This document shows positions 20,346-29,864 of a DNA stretch of 64,000 nucleotides, piece by piece. The notes under the pieces are model-generated. The model was not told the DNA's origin. It was given only the letters and a program-made list of their open reading frames with translations, and did not search any database. This stretch comes from Bacillota bacterium (GTDB taxonomy: Bacteria; Bacillota; Clostridia; Christensenellales; UMGS416): NCBI GenBank assembly GCA_023410875.1, contig JAEYPH010000039.1:9919-73918 (forward strand), written 5' to 3'. The position numbers and the translations under genes were made by a program. Positions within the stretch are counted from its first letter, which is position 1, and each line of letters starts with the position of its first letter.

Positions 20346-20607
20346 CAGTATCAATCAGAAAGTCGCTGTGAATGGAGATGGTCAGATAGGGAGAATCTCA
20401 TCACAAAGCGGGATTACATGACAGATTTTAGTAGGCGTGCCGTTCTCCCACCGATTCACGCATAATAGTGAGAAAGCCCTAAAAGCCTGCCTCTCACATG
20501 CTCTTCAGGACGACGGTAGGCAAGGGTGCTTCTGATCTTTGTCTGTAGCTGTACAACGTTCGTCCTTTCCTGAGTGGCTGCAGGGCCGTCTACCAAAGTA
20601 TTGGTGG

Positions 20608-21545
20608 CTAGATAATATCGGAAAACTCCATTTCTACCTTTCGATTCAAAGCAATTCCGTCCTTCATTGTCAGTTTCCGCAGACCCTCACATGACATAAC
20701 GGGGAATTGCAGGTAAAAAGTTGTCCCTTCGCCGGGGTTGCTTTCGAACCAAATCTTGCCCTTCTGCATTTCCACCAGCGCTTTGGTCAATGCCAGTCCG
20801 ATGCCGCTTCCCTCGCTGGCCCTTGTCATGGAGGAATCCACCTGGCGGACTCTGTCAAAAAACAGGCTTTGCTTCTCTGCAGGGATCCCTTCACCGTCAT
20901 CCTCGACTGTGATCAATATCATATCCACAGTATCGGATAACGTAACCTGAATATGCCCACCTTTGCCTGTATGTTTGATGGCGTTGGATAGCAAGTTGAG
21001 CATGATCCTGTCCAGCTTTTCGCCATCCATTGCCAAGGTCTGTATTTCGCAGTCGTCATTCAGGTTTACCTTGATTCCTCTTTGCGCTGCATAGTCTTCA
21101 ACCGACTCGATTAGCCTTTCCATCCATCTGGAGATATCAACCTCATGGAGATAAACCTGCAGGAAGCCAGCGTCTATTTTTGTTATGTCCAGTAGGTTTG
21201 CGACCAGCCTAAGAAGCCTATGGGCGTTCTGCCTCATGACTGAAAGGTTCCTGAGAATCCTTCCCTTGTTTTGAATTTCAAGGCTCTTCAACTTCATTTC
21301 CGTCATTTCAATGGAATTCAATATGATGGTGAGGGGGGTCTTGAATTCGTGGGAAATATTCGTGAAGAACTCTGTCATCAGTGCAACGCGAGCTTCGGAG
21401 TCGGCACGTTTGCGTGATTCCTCTTCCATCATTTTCTGGCTAGTAATGTCGGTTGTAAACAGTGTCACACCGGTAACCATGACCGGTGGCACTAGCTACC
21501 AAGGGATGTGCGATGACTACAAACCGATCTTTCTTGCCCACTGAT
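20608..21545 (-). pseudogene. 5'-truncated, frameshifted sensor histidine kinase (PAS end + HisKA + HATPase only)
   Basis: The 294-aa ORF contains NISHEFKTPL (H-box), LLSNAIKHT, DDGEGI and GSGIGLAL. An in-frame TAG lies at 21493-21495. A second frame continues a PAS-like sequence (KKDRFVVIAHPLVASATG) up to about 21545, where array 3 begins. There is no TM or sensor region. GC content is lower than in neighbouring genes. Confidence 0.7.
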
Positions 21546-21550
21546 GGAGA

Positions 21551-21645
21551 GTGTTAATAACACGAGGTTCAAAAGAGCAGCATTGGGGCCGCATCTGCAG
21601 ATAATACGTAATTCAATGAGGTTAACCCGGGAGACAACCTTCCCA
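21551..21645 (+). repeat. Array 3 (short) of the about 45-bp repeat family
   Basis: GTGTTAATAACACG lies at 21551-21564 and a second head, cagATAATACGtaATTCAAT, at about 21599. Orientation matches arrays 1 and 2. Confidence 0.5.
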
Positions 21646-21693
21646 GACGGCCATTCAGCACTCATGTTGGTCTGTGCTCGTCTCCGACACATG

Positions 21694-22152
21694 GAGAGCT
21701 CTCGCTGGGGCACGGTTCCCTACTACGATGAGTCCTTATTGCTTAGCGGCGTGTCAACGCATAATTCATTTGAAGCACAATTGGCTGTTCTGGTTGCAGA
21801 GAGGCATAAGCTTGGTGACAAGGCTGACGAACTGGCCAATGCAAGCTACATGCTTTTTATGGATAGAGTCAAGGGGATTATATATGAGAGCAGCTATATT
21901 TCCCTCAACAAAAAACTAGCCGAAGAACTTGATTCAATAAAGAAGAGGATTGCTACTCTTGAAAAAGAGATAAAAATGATTGAAGACCGGTCTCAGCAAG
22001 CAGCGACAAAGATAGAGACAATCAAACAATACAAGCATTTCCATGCCTTAACTCGTGAGCTTGTTTTGCAGTTTATTTATAAAATTGAGATAGAAAGACG
22101 TAATCACGACACTAAAAAAAGTACCCGTGAAAATATTCATTGGAATATATGA
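21694..22152 (+). pseudogene. C-terminal remnant of a large serine recombinase
   Basis: The tail KQYKHFHALTRELVLQFIYKIEIERRNHDTKKSTRENIHWNI aligns by eye with the tail of the intact recombinase at 62048..63604 (RYRRFGALTRELALQFVQRVEVFHRDRAGSTPVRIHWSF). A coiled-coil-like segment precedes it. There is no catalytic N-domain. The left boundary is approximate. Confidence 0.6.
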
Positions 22153-22272
22153 TTAGTGTATGCCGATGTGCCTCAGATGCGGCACATCGGTGTACACAAC
22201 ATGGACCATTCGGATACACCGGTAAAAAATCAAGTTTTAAACTGCGGCAGCCATTGCCTTTGTGCTTCACGC

Positions 22273-23277
22273 CTACACGTACCACATGGCCAGATAAGAA
22301 CCGACGATTTGTTTCATCTCCCGATAGATGATTTCCTGCCGCGCCGTCGTCGTACAGTGGGACAGGGCAATCGATGCTCCCGTGGGCGCAGCCGGACCCA
22401 ACAGGCCTTCGGTCATAAGCCTTTGGGCAGTTCCCTGGCCCGCAGCCATATCCGCGCTGCGCACAAGGGTTTCAAAAAGCACCGGCGCCGAGTCCCGTTC
22501 CAGCGTCGTCCATATGTTTACCTTGCAAACACCATCGGCATACAGATTTCGCACCTGCTCGTTGGTTACCGAGGATGCGCCATGCAGCACGATTTTGCTG
22601 CCTATCGCATTGCGGATTGCCTTGGCCGCCGCCGATTGATACTCCAGATTCTTCGTGCCGGCCCGGTGCTCCGTGCCCAGGTTGGCGACGATCAAATCCA
22701 CGCCGGTGCCCCGCAGATAGCGCTCAGCCTTGTCCGGCGTCGTAAAGGCATTGTGGGCGGCGCCGGTGGCATCCACGATTTCGTCACAGGCGCCTTCGAT
22801 TAAAATACGGTCTCTTTGGCGCTCTGCGAACCGGGCCGTCAGCTCCATATTCCGCTCCAGCGGCAGCGCGGAAGCGTCATACATGATGGAGGAAAAGCCC
22901 GACAGGTCCCAATCCAGCAGTTCTCGGTCGTCATCATACTGCACATGGTCCAGATGGACGAGCACCCGCAGGTTTTCGTAGGGCCCGCCGGGGCCGGCCA
23001 ATACATTCAGATCTGCCAGAAACAGCCTCAGGCCGGTGTCCCACCGGCGGGAGTGGGTGTAATAGACGGCCTGAGGACGGTGACTGTATCGCACCGTGAT
23101 GGCGACGGTAACCGGAAGGTCGGCAACGCCGATGCTCCTGCCGTGCTCGGCTGTGGCGGCGAGAATCGCCTCCGTCGTCGTCAGATTCTCGGAGCAAAAA
23201 CAGGGAAGCACCCACCCGCGCTCGCCGGCTTGCGCATAAAGCTCCCGGACCTGCTTGGCGTCTGTACAGATTGCCAT
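22273..23277 (-). CDS. Class II (FBA_II family) ketose-bisphosphate aldolase-like protein
   Basis: Starts at ATG 23277 (MAICTDAKQVRELY) after GGAGG. Motifs are VHLDHVQ, IMYDAS, IEGACDEI, NLGTEHRA and VLHGASS. Confidence 0.75.
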   Translation of the reverse strand: MAICTDAKQVRELYAQAGERGWVLPCFCSENLTTTEAILAATAEHGRSIGVADLPVTVAITVRYSHRPQAVYYTHSRRWDTGLRLFLADLNVLAGPGGPYENLRVLVHLDHVQYDDDRELLDWDLSGFSSIMYDASALPLERNMELTARFAERQRDRILIEGACDEIVDATGAAHNAFTTPDKAERYLRGTGVDLIVANLGTEHRAGTKNLEYQSAAAKAIRNAIGSKIVLHGASSVTNEQVRNLYADGVCKVNIWTTLERDSAPVLFETLVRSADMAAGQGTAQRLMTEGLLGPAAPTGASIALSHCTTTARQEIIYREMKQIVGSYLAMWYV

Positions 23278-23314
23278 GGCTGCCTCCAAACAATTGCATA
23301 TTTGCATGCCGATT

Positions 23315-23352
23315 TGTGTATCGATCTGTTTGACTTTGTGTATCGATACATA
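23315..23352. promoter_or_regulatory. Candidate LacI-type operator pair in the divergent aldolase/kinase intergenic region
   Basis: TGTGTATCGATACATA lies at 23337-23352 and contains the perfect 12-bp palindrome TGTATCGATACA. A half-site copy, TGTGTATCGAT, lies at 23315-23325. Confidence 0.35.
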
Positions 23353-23412
23353 TTATTATTTTTACCAGGTGCTCCTGTCAATGCTGTGTGAGATTGGGAG
23401 AGGTGATGCGGA

Positions 23413-24906
23413 ATGAGCCTGCTGGGCCTGGACATAGGAACCACCGGCTGCAAGGCGCTGGCATTCAGTGAAGAAGGCAACCGGCTTGCGCAATCCTACC
23501 GGGAGTATCGATCCGCCGGCAGCATCCACGAAATCAACCCCGAGGAAGTATGGCAATGTGTGCAGGTTGTGCTGGGCAGCATTACCAGCCAGTGCGCCGG
23601 AGACCCGCCCAAGGCGCTGGCAGTGTCCTCCTTCGGCGAGTCGGTGATTCCGCTGGACGAGCGCGGCCGCGTGCTGCACGACAGCATACTCTACACCGAC
23701 CCCCGCGGCGCGTGTCAGTGCGAGCACCTGTCCCAAGCGCTGGGCAGCGCGCAGATCATGGGCAGCACGGGCCTCAAGCCTCACCCGATGTACTCCGTGT
23801 GCAAGATCGGCTGGTACCGGGACAGCCTGCCGGATGTGTTCCGCCGGGCGAAGCGGTACATGATGTTCGAGGACTTCATCCTATGGAAGTTGGGCGCCGA
23901 ACCGACGATCGACTACTCGCTGGCGTCCCGCACGATGGCGTTCAACGTGACCAAGCTGCAATGGGACGAACAGATATTGGAGGCATCCGGCATCGAGGCC
24001 GGCCAATTTTCACGGGCGGTACGTTCGGGCACGGCAGCCGGCACCATCGCGGGGGAGGTTGCCGACGCGCTCAGTTTGCCGCGGAACCTGCTGTTGGTGA
24101 CCGGCGGGCATGATCAGGTGTGCGCCGCAGTGGGCGCCGGTGTGCTGCGGGAAGGCATGGCCATCGACGGCACGGGCACCGTGGAGTGCATCGCCCCGAT
24201 CTTCTTCTCCCCGGTGCTGGAGGAAACCTTCCTGAACAACAACTTCGCGTGCGTTCCCCACGCCGTTCCCGGCGCCTATGCAACCTATGCATTCAACTTC
24301 ACCGGTGGATCGCTGCTCAAATGGTATCGGGACAACTTCGCCCGAGCAGAGGCAGCCCAAGCCGCGCTGTCAGACCGCAGCGCCTATGACCTGCTCAACG
24401 AGCAGGCGGCGAGCACACCGACGGACCTGCTGGTCATCCCCCACTTCGCCGGCTCCGGCACGCCGCAGATGGACCCCTTTGCCCGCGGCGCAATTCTGGG
24501 GATGCGCTTCGAAAACGACGCCGGCACGGTTTACCGCGCGCTAATGGAAGGCGTGACCTACGAGATGGCCTACAATCTGGAGGCGCTGGCCGGCAATGGC
24601 ATCCACGTCCGCGAACTGCGGGCCGTGGGCGGCGGCGCCAAATCCAACCTGTGGCTGCAGATCAAGGCCGATGTCACCGGCTGCCGCATCCTCTCGCTGG
24701 GCGTGGAAGAGGCCGGCGTGGCCGGCGCCGCCATGCTGGCCGGCGTGGCCGCGGGGGTTTACCGCACGCTGGACGAAGCCGCTCCGGCATTCGTGAGGGT
24801 GCGCCGGGAGATCGAGCCCGATCCCCGCAACCATGGAATCTACAGGCAGAATTTCGCCAGGTACAAGGAAGCCAGGACCAGAATTTCCGACCTTTACGGT
24901 CGCTGA
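23413..24906 (+). CDS. FGGY-family carbohydrate kinase
   Basis: 497 aa. The N-terminus MSLLGLDIGTTGCKALAF is followed by GGHDQVCAAVGAG and RAVGGGAKSNLWLQIKADV. Confidence 0.85.
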   Translation: MSLLGLDIGTTGCKALAFSEEGNRLAQSYREYRSAGSIHEINPEEVWQCVQVVLGSITSQCAGDPPKALAVSSFGESVIPLDERGRVLHDSILYTDPRGACQCEHLSQALGSAQIMGSTGLKPHPMYSVCKIGWYRDSLPDVFRRAKRYMMFEDFILWKLGAEPTIDYSLASRTMAFNVTKLQWDEQILEASGIEAGQFSRAVRSGTAAGTIAGEVADALSLPRNLLLVTGGHDQVCAAVGAGVLREGMAIDGTGTVECIAPIFFSPVLEETFLNNNFACVPHAVPGAYATYAFNFTGGSLLKWYRDNFARAEAAQAALSDRSAYDLLNEQAASTPTDLLVIPHFAGSGTPQMDPFARGAILGMRFENDAGTVYRALMEGVTYEMAYNLEALAGNGIHVRELRAVGGGAKSNLWLQIKADVTGCRILSLGVEEAGVAGAAMLAGVAAGVYRTLDEAAPAFVRVRREIEPDPRNHGIYRQNFARYKEARTRISDLYGR

Positions 24907-24909
24907 CAG

Positions 24910-26340
24910 ATGGAGGACGCCATGAACCCCATTACATTTGCGCTCTATTTCGGCAATCGCGGGTTCTTCCCGGAGACGCTGATCGAATCGGCAAGGGCGG
25001 AGCTGACAGTCGCCGTAAAGGCCCAGGGCTACGGCGTGCTGATCCCCGATGCGGCGATCACACGCTACGGCGCGGTGGAAACGGCAGAAGAGGGCCGGGC
25101 TTACGCCAAATTCCTGGCGGAGAACCGCGGCAGCTACCAAGGCGTCATACTGTGCCTGCCCAACTTCGGCGATGAGAACGGCGCCATCGCTGCTTTGCAG
25201 GATTGCGGCGTGCCCATATGGATCCTCGCGTATCCCGACGAGGCGGGCAAGATGGACTTCGCCCACCGGCGCGACGCCTTCTGCGGCAAGTTCTCGATCA
25301 TGGATGTTTTCTACCAGTACGGGTTGTCCTTCACCGCCTGGGCGCCCCATACGCTGCGCCCGGACACGCCGCAGTTTGCCGCGCAGCTTAAGGATTTCGC
25401 CGCCGTGTGCCGGGTGGTGCTGGGTATGAGACGGCTCACGGTTGGCGCTGTAGGCGCCCGCACGACGGCCTTCAAAACCGTGCGCTTCGACGAGCTGACA
25501 TTGCAAAAAAAGGGCATCACCGTGGAGGCGCTGGACCTCTCCGAGGTGCTGTACCGCGTGAGCAAGATGGACTCCGTCGCCGCGAACGTGCGTGCCAAGG
25601 CCGCCCAGTTGCAGGCCTTCGCGGACTTCAGCCGTGTTCCGGCGGAAAAGCTGGACACGATCTGCAAGGTGGGCGTGGTGCTGGACGACCTGGCCGCCGA
25701 ATACCGCATGGACTGCCTGTCGCTTCGGTGCTGGAACGAGCTGGAGCAGATGCTGGGCGTGGCCCCGTGCGTGCTGCTGGGCCTGCTCAACGACACCGGC
25801 ATGGCTGCCGCCTGCGAGCTGGACGTGACAAATGCCGTGGCCATGCACGCATTGAAACTGGCTTCCGGCGAGGCACCCGCTTGCCTGGACTGGAACAACA
25901 ACTACGGCGACGATCCCGACAAGTGCATACTGTTCCACTGCGGGCCGGTTGCCCGCAGCCTGATGGCCGGGGCCGGTTGCGTAACCGACCACAAGATGTT
26001 TGCCAAGAGCTACGGCGCCGGCTGCGGCTGGGGCAGCAACGAGGGGCGCATCGCCGCCTTCCCGATGACCTATGCCAGCGCCAAGACCGAGGACGGCAGG
26101 GTCGTCTTCTACCTGGGCGAAGGCGAATTCACGACAGACGCCATCGAGGAAGGCTTCTTTGGCTGCGGCGGCGTTGCGAGGATTCCAGACCTGCAGAGCA
26201 AGCTGCTGACGATCGGCAAGCGCGGCTTCCGCCACCACGTCAGCGTTACCCGCGGCACCGTGGCGACCGCCCTGCGGGAGGCATTTACAACCTATCTCAA
26301 GTACGACCTGATCGACTTTGATCAGCCGTGCAGAACCTGA
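24910..26340 (+). CDS. L-fucose/L-arabinose isomerase family protein
   Basis: 476 aa. The N-terminus NPITFALYFGNRGFFPETL and the overall pattern match FucI-like isomerases as I recall them. It lies 3 nt after the kinase stop. The start may instead be 24922. Confidence 0.7.
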   Translation: MEDAMNPITFALYFGNRGFFPETLIESARAELTVAVKAQGYGVLIPDAAITRYGAVETAEEGRAYAKFLAENRGSYQGVILCLPNFGDENGAIAALQDCGVPIWILAYPDEAGKMDFAHRRDAFCGKFSIMDVFYQYGLSFTAWAPHTLRPDTPQFAAQLKDFAAVCRVVLGMRRLTVGAVGARTTAFKTVRFDELTLQKKGITVEALDLSEVLYRVSKMDSVAANVRAKAAQLQAFADFSRVPAEKLDTICKVGVVLDDLAAEYRMDCLSLRCWNELEQMLGVAPCVLLGLLNDTGMAAACELDVTNAVAMHALKLASGEAPACLDWNNNYGDDPDKCILFHCGPVARSLMAGAGCVTDHKMFAKSYGAGCGWGSNEGRIAAFPMTYASAKTEDGRVVFYLGEGEFTTDAIEEGFFGCGGVARIPDLQSKLLTIGKRGFRHHVSVTRGTVATALREAFTTYLKYDLIDFDQPCRT

Positions 26341-26364
26341 CGGCGACCGCTCGCAGATGGGCCG

Positions 26365-27378
26365 TCAGGGCCGCTCCATGGCGTGCAGGCTCGACGACCG
26401 GCGCACCACGAGCATAGGACGGAACACAGCTTCGTCGCAGACACCGCCTCCTTCAATCATGGAGGTCAGGCTGTCCACCGCCGCAGCGCTGATGCGCTCG
26501 ATGGGCAGGCGCACCGTGGAGATGGTGGGCTCGTACATGGCACTGAGCGGGATATCGTCAAAGCCGGTGACCGCGACCTCACGGGGTACGGCAATCCCTT
26601 CCTGAAACAGGCGCTTGAGGCACCCCACAGCCAGCACATCATTCTCGGCAGCCACGGCGTCGGGCCTGCGCTCTTTCTGCAGCAGCTGCGTCGCGGCCAG
26701 ATAGCCGGACTCCAGCGTATAGCCGCCGTGGAGCACCAGCGACGGATCCACGGGCAGGCCTGCCCTTTCATGGGCGGCGCAGTAACCCGAGAATTTATTG
26801 CGGGAGATGCTGCTGCCTTCAGGGCCGCCAATGTATGCCACGCGCCGGCGGCCGGATTCCAGCAGATGGGTTACTGCCTGGCTCATGCCGTCGCCAATGT
26901 CCACGATGACCGCGCCGCAGCCCTCCATGATGTTATGCCAGCTCATAGCCAACAACGGCACCACGCCTACGGAGCTGCCGGCCAGCTCCGCCACCAATGC
27001 TTCATCATCCAGAAAGCACAACATGACGCCGTCTATCTGGCGGATAGACAGGCTGAACATCGCGCTGCGCAGCTCATCCATGTCGTTTGCCGTTTGCAGC
27101 AGCGCTGTGAACCCCTTCAACAATAGAATCCGCCTGAGCGCGTCGAACAGTTCCGCAAAGAATGGATTTGTGATGGAAGGCATCACGACCGCCACCATGC
27201 CCGTTTTTCGCGTGCGCAGTGACTGCGCCAATGGGCTGGGCCGGTAGTTCAGCTCCCGGATGGCTGCCTCGATCTGCCTGCGGGTGTCCTCCCGCATGGC
27301 TTCGGGTGTCCTGAGATATTTGGAGACAGCCGCTACCGATACGCCTGCCAGCCGTGCCACATCCTTGATAACCGCCAT
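26365..27378 (-). CDS. LacI-family transcriptional regulator
   Basis: 337 aa. The HTH is MAVIKDVARLAGVSVAAVSKYL and the C-terminus is a periplasmic-binding-fold domain. Confidence 0.9.
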   Translation of the reverse strand: MAVIKDVARLAGVSVAAVSKYLRTPEAMREDTRRQIEAAIRELNYRPSPLAQSLRTRKTGMVAVVMPSITNPFFAELFDALRRILLLKGFTALLQTANDMDELRSAMFSLSIRQIDGVMLCFLDDEALVAELAGSSVGVVPLLAMSWHNIMEGCGAVIVDIGDGMSQAVTHLLESGRRRVAYIGGPEGSSISRNKFSGYCAAHERAGLPVDPSLVLHGGYTLESGYLAATQLLQKERRPDAVAAENDVLAVGCLKRLFQEGIAVPREVAVTGFDDIPLSAMYEPTISTVRLPIERISAAAVDSLTSMIEGGGVCDEAVFRPMLVVRRSSSLHAMERP

Positions 27379-27514
27379 ACATGATACTCCTGGACGGACA
27401 ATGTTTTATACAGTATACCACTGCCATGATCTCTTTGTTGAAAATTGGCTGCGATGCCATTATGATGGAGGGCGTTGGCCCCATACCAACAAAACCCTTC
27501 GGGAGTCTGACAAA

Positions 27515-28438
27515 ATGTTCGAAAACGTCAAAGAGAAGAAGGTCCTTCTGCCGGCCATCCTGACGATGCTCACACCGGAGCAGGAATTCGACGAGCCGGC
27601 TCAGCGGGCGCTGGTGCGGTGGCTCATCGCCAAGGGCGTCCACGGCCTTTATGTGGGTGGGTCCACCGGCGAGGGGCCCATCCTTTCCCCGGACATCCGC
27701 CGCCGGCTCATCCAAACCGTCGTGGAGGAAGCCGCCGGTCGCGTGCCGGTGATCGCCTACATTGGCTTTGTCGACACAGCGCAGTCGGTGGAGATGGCCC
27801 GCTTCGCCCAGAGCGCCGGCGCCGACGGCGTGTCTGCGGTGCCGCCATATTATTACACCCACGACTACGAGTCTATCTACGAGTTTTATCGCGCCATATC
27901 CGAGAGCGTCACGATCCCCATGGTCGTGTACTACATCCAGACCGCCAGGGCCATGACGACCGACGAGCTGCGCAGGCTGCTGGGGCTGCCCAACGTGTGC
28001 GGGCTCAAGTTCACCGGGTCGGACCATTTCGCGATGCAGCAGGCCAAGCTGGCCGCGCCGGACAAGCTCATCTTCTCCGGGCGGGACGAGCAATGCCTGT
28101 CCGGCCTGCTGATGGGCGCGGACGGGCTCATCGGCAGCACCTACAACGTGATGCCGGAGATCTATCTGGGCATTCTGAACGCATATACCGACGGCGACCT
28201 GCGGGCCGCCGAGGCACGGATGCGGGCCGCCAACCTTGCCATAGGCGAGCTGTTACGGGACGGGCGATATCTGGGCAGCATCAAGGCGCTTCTGCGGCTG
28301 GTGGGCATCGACGCCCCCACGATGCGCGCCCCCATGCCGGCTGTCACCGAGGAGCAGTTGGCCGATCTGCGCGCCCGCCTGGTCGCCCTGCGGGCGCTGC
28401 CGGAGCTGGCGGGCGTGGAAATCATACAAAAAGCTTGA
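27515..28438 (+). CDS. DapA/NanA-family class I aldolase (dihydrodipicolinate synthase-like lyase)
   Basis: The track ORF starts at 27260 but overlaps the LacI gene. I prefer ATG 27515 (MFENVKEKKVLLPAILT) after GGGAG. Motifs are GLYVGGSTGEG and YYYTHDYES, and a GLKFTGSD-type Schiff-base Lys context is present. Confidence 0.8.
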   Translation: MFENVKEKKVLLPAILTMLTPEQEFDEPAQRALVRWLIAKGVHGLYVGGSTGEGPILSPDIRRRLIQTVVEEAAGRVPVIAYIGFVDTAQSVEMARFAQSAGADGVSAVPPYYYTHDYESIYEFYRAISESVTIPMVVYYIQTARAMTTDELRRLLGLPNVCGLKFTGSDHFAMQQAKLAAPDKLIFSGRDEQCLSGLLMGADGLIGSTYNVMPEIYLGILNAYTDGDLRAAEARMRAANLAIGELLRDGRYLGSIKALLRLVGIDAPTMRAPMPAVTEEQLADLRARLVALRALPELAGVEIIQKA

Positions 28439-28611
28439 TTCTCGGGGCTGTCGCGCTAAGCGCATAAAGGCATTATTACATTCAGAAGGTAAGGATTTCG
28501 CGCCTGCGGTCGCGACCAAAGGGCTTTCCGATCGCCCTTTGGAAACCTTCGGACCCTATCTGTTGAATAATTATGTCAATATGCGACTTACACGACAGCC
28601 CTGTGTTTTCA

Positions 28612-29502
28612 TTAAAGCAGCTTCTTCAGCAGAGTGATCGTCTTTTGAATGCCCTCGCTCTGATCGCCGGGCCCTTCAAACTCAATCGAGTAATACCCGT
28701 CATAGCCATGCTCCCTGGCGATGCCCACGCACCGGGCGAAGTCGAAGGGCACATGGTCGCCGTTCTCGTCGAACACATAGGTTTTGGCGTGGACAAGGAT
28801 CGGGTTGTTGAAGATCTTTTCCAGAGCCTTATAGCGGATGTCCGGCTCAAAATTGCCGAAGTCCGGGCAGATGCGGAAGTTGGGATGGTTCACCATCGCA
28901 AAGAGCTTCAGGATGTTCTCGGGGTCCGCCGACATGCCGCCATGGTTCTCCAGCACCAGGGCCACCCCTTTGGACTGGGCGTACTCGGCCAGCTCCCGGT
29001 AAGAGTTGGCCGTGACGGTGAGATCGAACACACCCTGGGGTTGGTGGCCGGTGTTGACCCGGGCGCCCGCGCTGCCCAGCTCTGCTGCTACGTCGATCCA
29101 AGTCTTGATCACGTCCAAATCGGCCTTGCGCTTTTGCTCATCCAAGCCGGAGATGTTGCCGTAGTCGATGGGCATGTTGAGCACTTTGACGCCGTATTTG
29201 CTGAGCGCATCCTTGACCTGGGTCAGGTCCGGCTTTGTCAGGCTCATCTCCTCCATGGCGGACATGAAACCGCCGATGGCCTTCTGGATCGCCTCCGGGT
29301 TCTTGTCCGGGCTGCTGAAGACGTCCAGCGCTGCTTTCAGCTTCACTGCGTTCTCGCTGCTCACGGTGCCCACCATCCAGTGCACCATCTCCACGGCGTC
29401 CAAACCAAACTTTTCCTTGGCCGTGCGGACGAAGTCCGCCATCGTCATGCCGTTGTCCACAAATTCCTTGTTCAGGCTCCAACTGGATACGCCGATCTTC
29501 AT
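28612..29502 (-). CDS. Sugar phosphate isomerase/epimerase (xylose-isomerase-like TIM barrel)
   Basis: Starts at ATG 29502 (MKIGVSSWSLNKEF) after GGAGG. Motifs are LVLENHGG and YSIEFEG. Confidence 0.75.
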   Translation of the reverse strand: MKIGVSSWSLNKEFVDNGMTMADFVRTAKEKFGLDAVEMVHWMVGTVSSENAVKLKAALDVFSSPDKNPEAIQKAIGGFMSAMEEMSLTKPDLTQVKDALSKYGVKVLNMPIDYGNISGLDEQKRKADLDVIKTWIDVAAELGSAGARVNTGHQPQGVFDLTVTANSYRELAEYAQSKGVALVLENHGGMSADPENILKLFAMVNHPNFRICPDFGNFEPDIRYKALEKIFNNPILVHAKTYVFDENGDHVPFDFARCVGIAREHGYDGYYSIEFEGPGDQSEGIQKTITLLKKLL

Positions 29503-29576
29503 TGCGCGCCTCCTTTGTGTATGTGTGTTGAGCGCCTGCCATAAGCGCGGCAAGCCCTTGATGATTTTACCATAGA

Positions 29577-29800
29577 TAGGGTTTGCTGAACAAACAGCAA
29601 ACCCTACTCAAAAGGCGAGTCCGCCCCTATAATCACCATAAATGGGTGATTATAGGGGGTGGATGAGCCTTTTTAAGGGGCTGCGGCGCTTGGCATCAGC
29701 AGTCATGTGCAAGGTATTTGAAGCTGAATGCAAAAAACCTTGCACATAGGCAATGTACTTGTGTGAAAAGTCGAGGAAATCCGCAGATTTCATCGACTTT
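29577..29800. other. Cluster of four strong hairpins in one intergenic region
   Basis: There are four stems:
- 29577-29606: tagggtttgctg/cagcaaacccta.
- 29624-29658: 14-bp perfect stem cccctataatcacc/ggtgattatagggg.
- 29706-29746: tgtgcaagg/ccttgcaca.
- 29767-29800: 15-bp stem with 1 mismatch, aaagtcgaggaaatc/gatttcatcgacttt. Confidence 0.5.
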
Positions 29801-29864
29801 CTGAGTTGCTGAGCAGCCCCATAGATCGGGGGCGCTTACACAATGCCTTTTCCGGTTGGCCGTC

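Noticed and set aside
9574-21645. Tn7/Mu-like transposon ends: arrays starting with TGT... followed by multiple phased binding sites.
   Set aside because: The analogy is attractive, but all three arrays have the same orientation. I found no inverted partner array and no DDE transposase or TnsABC-like genes. I kept it only as one possible reading inside the repeat finding.
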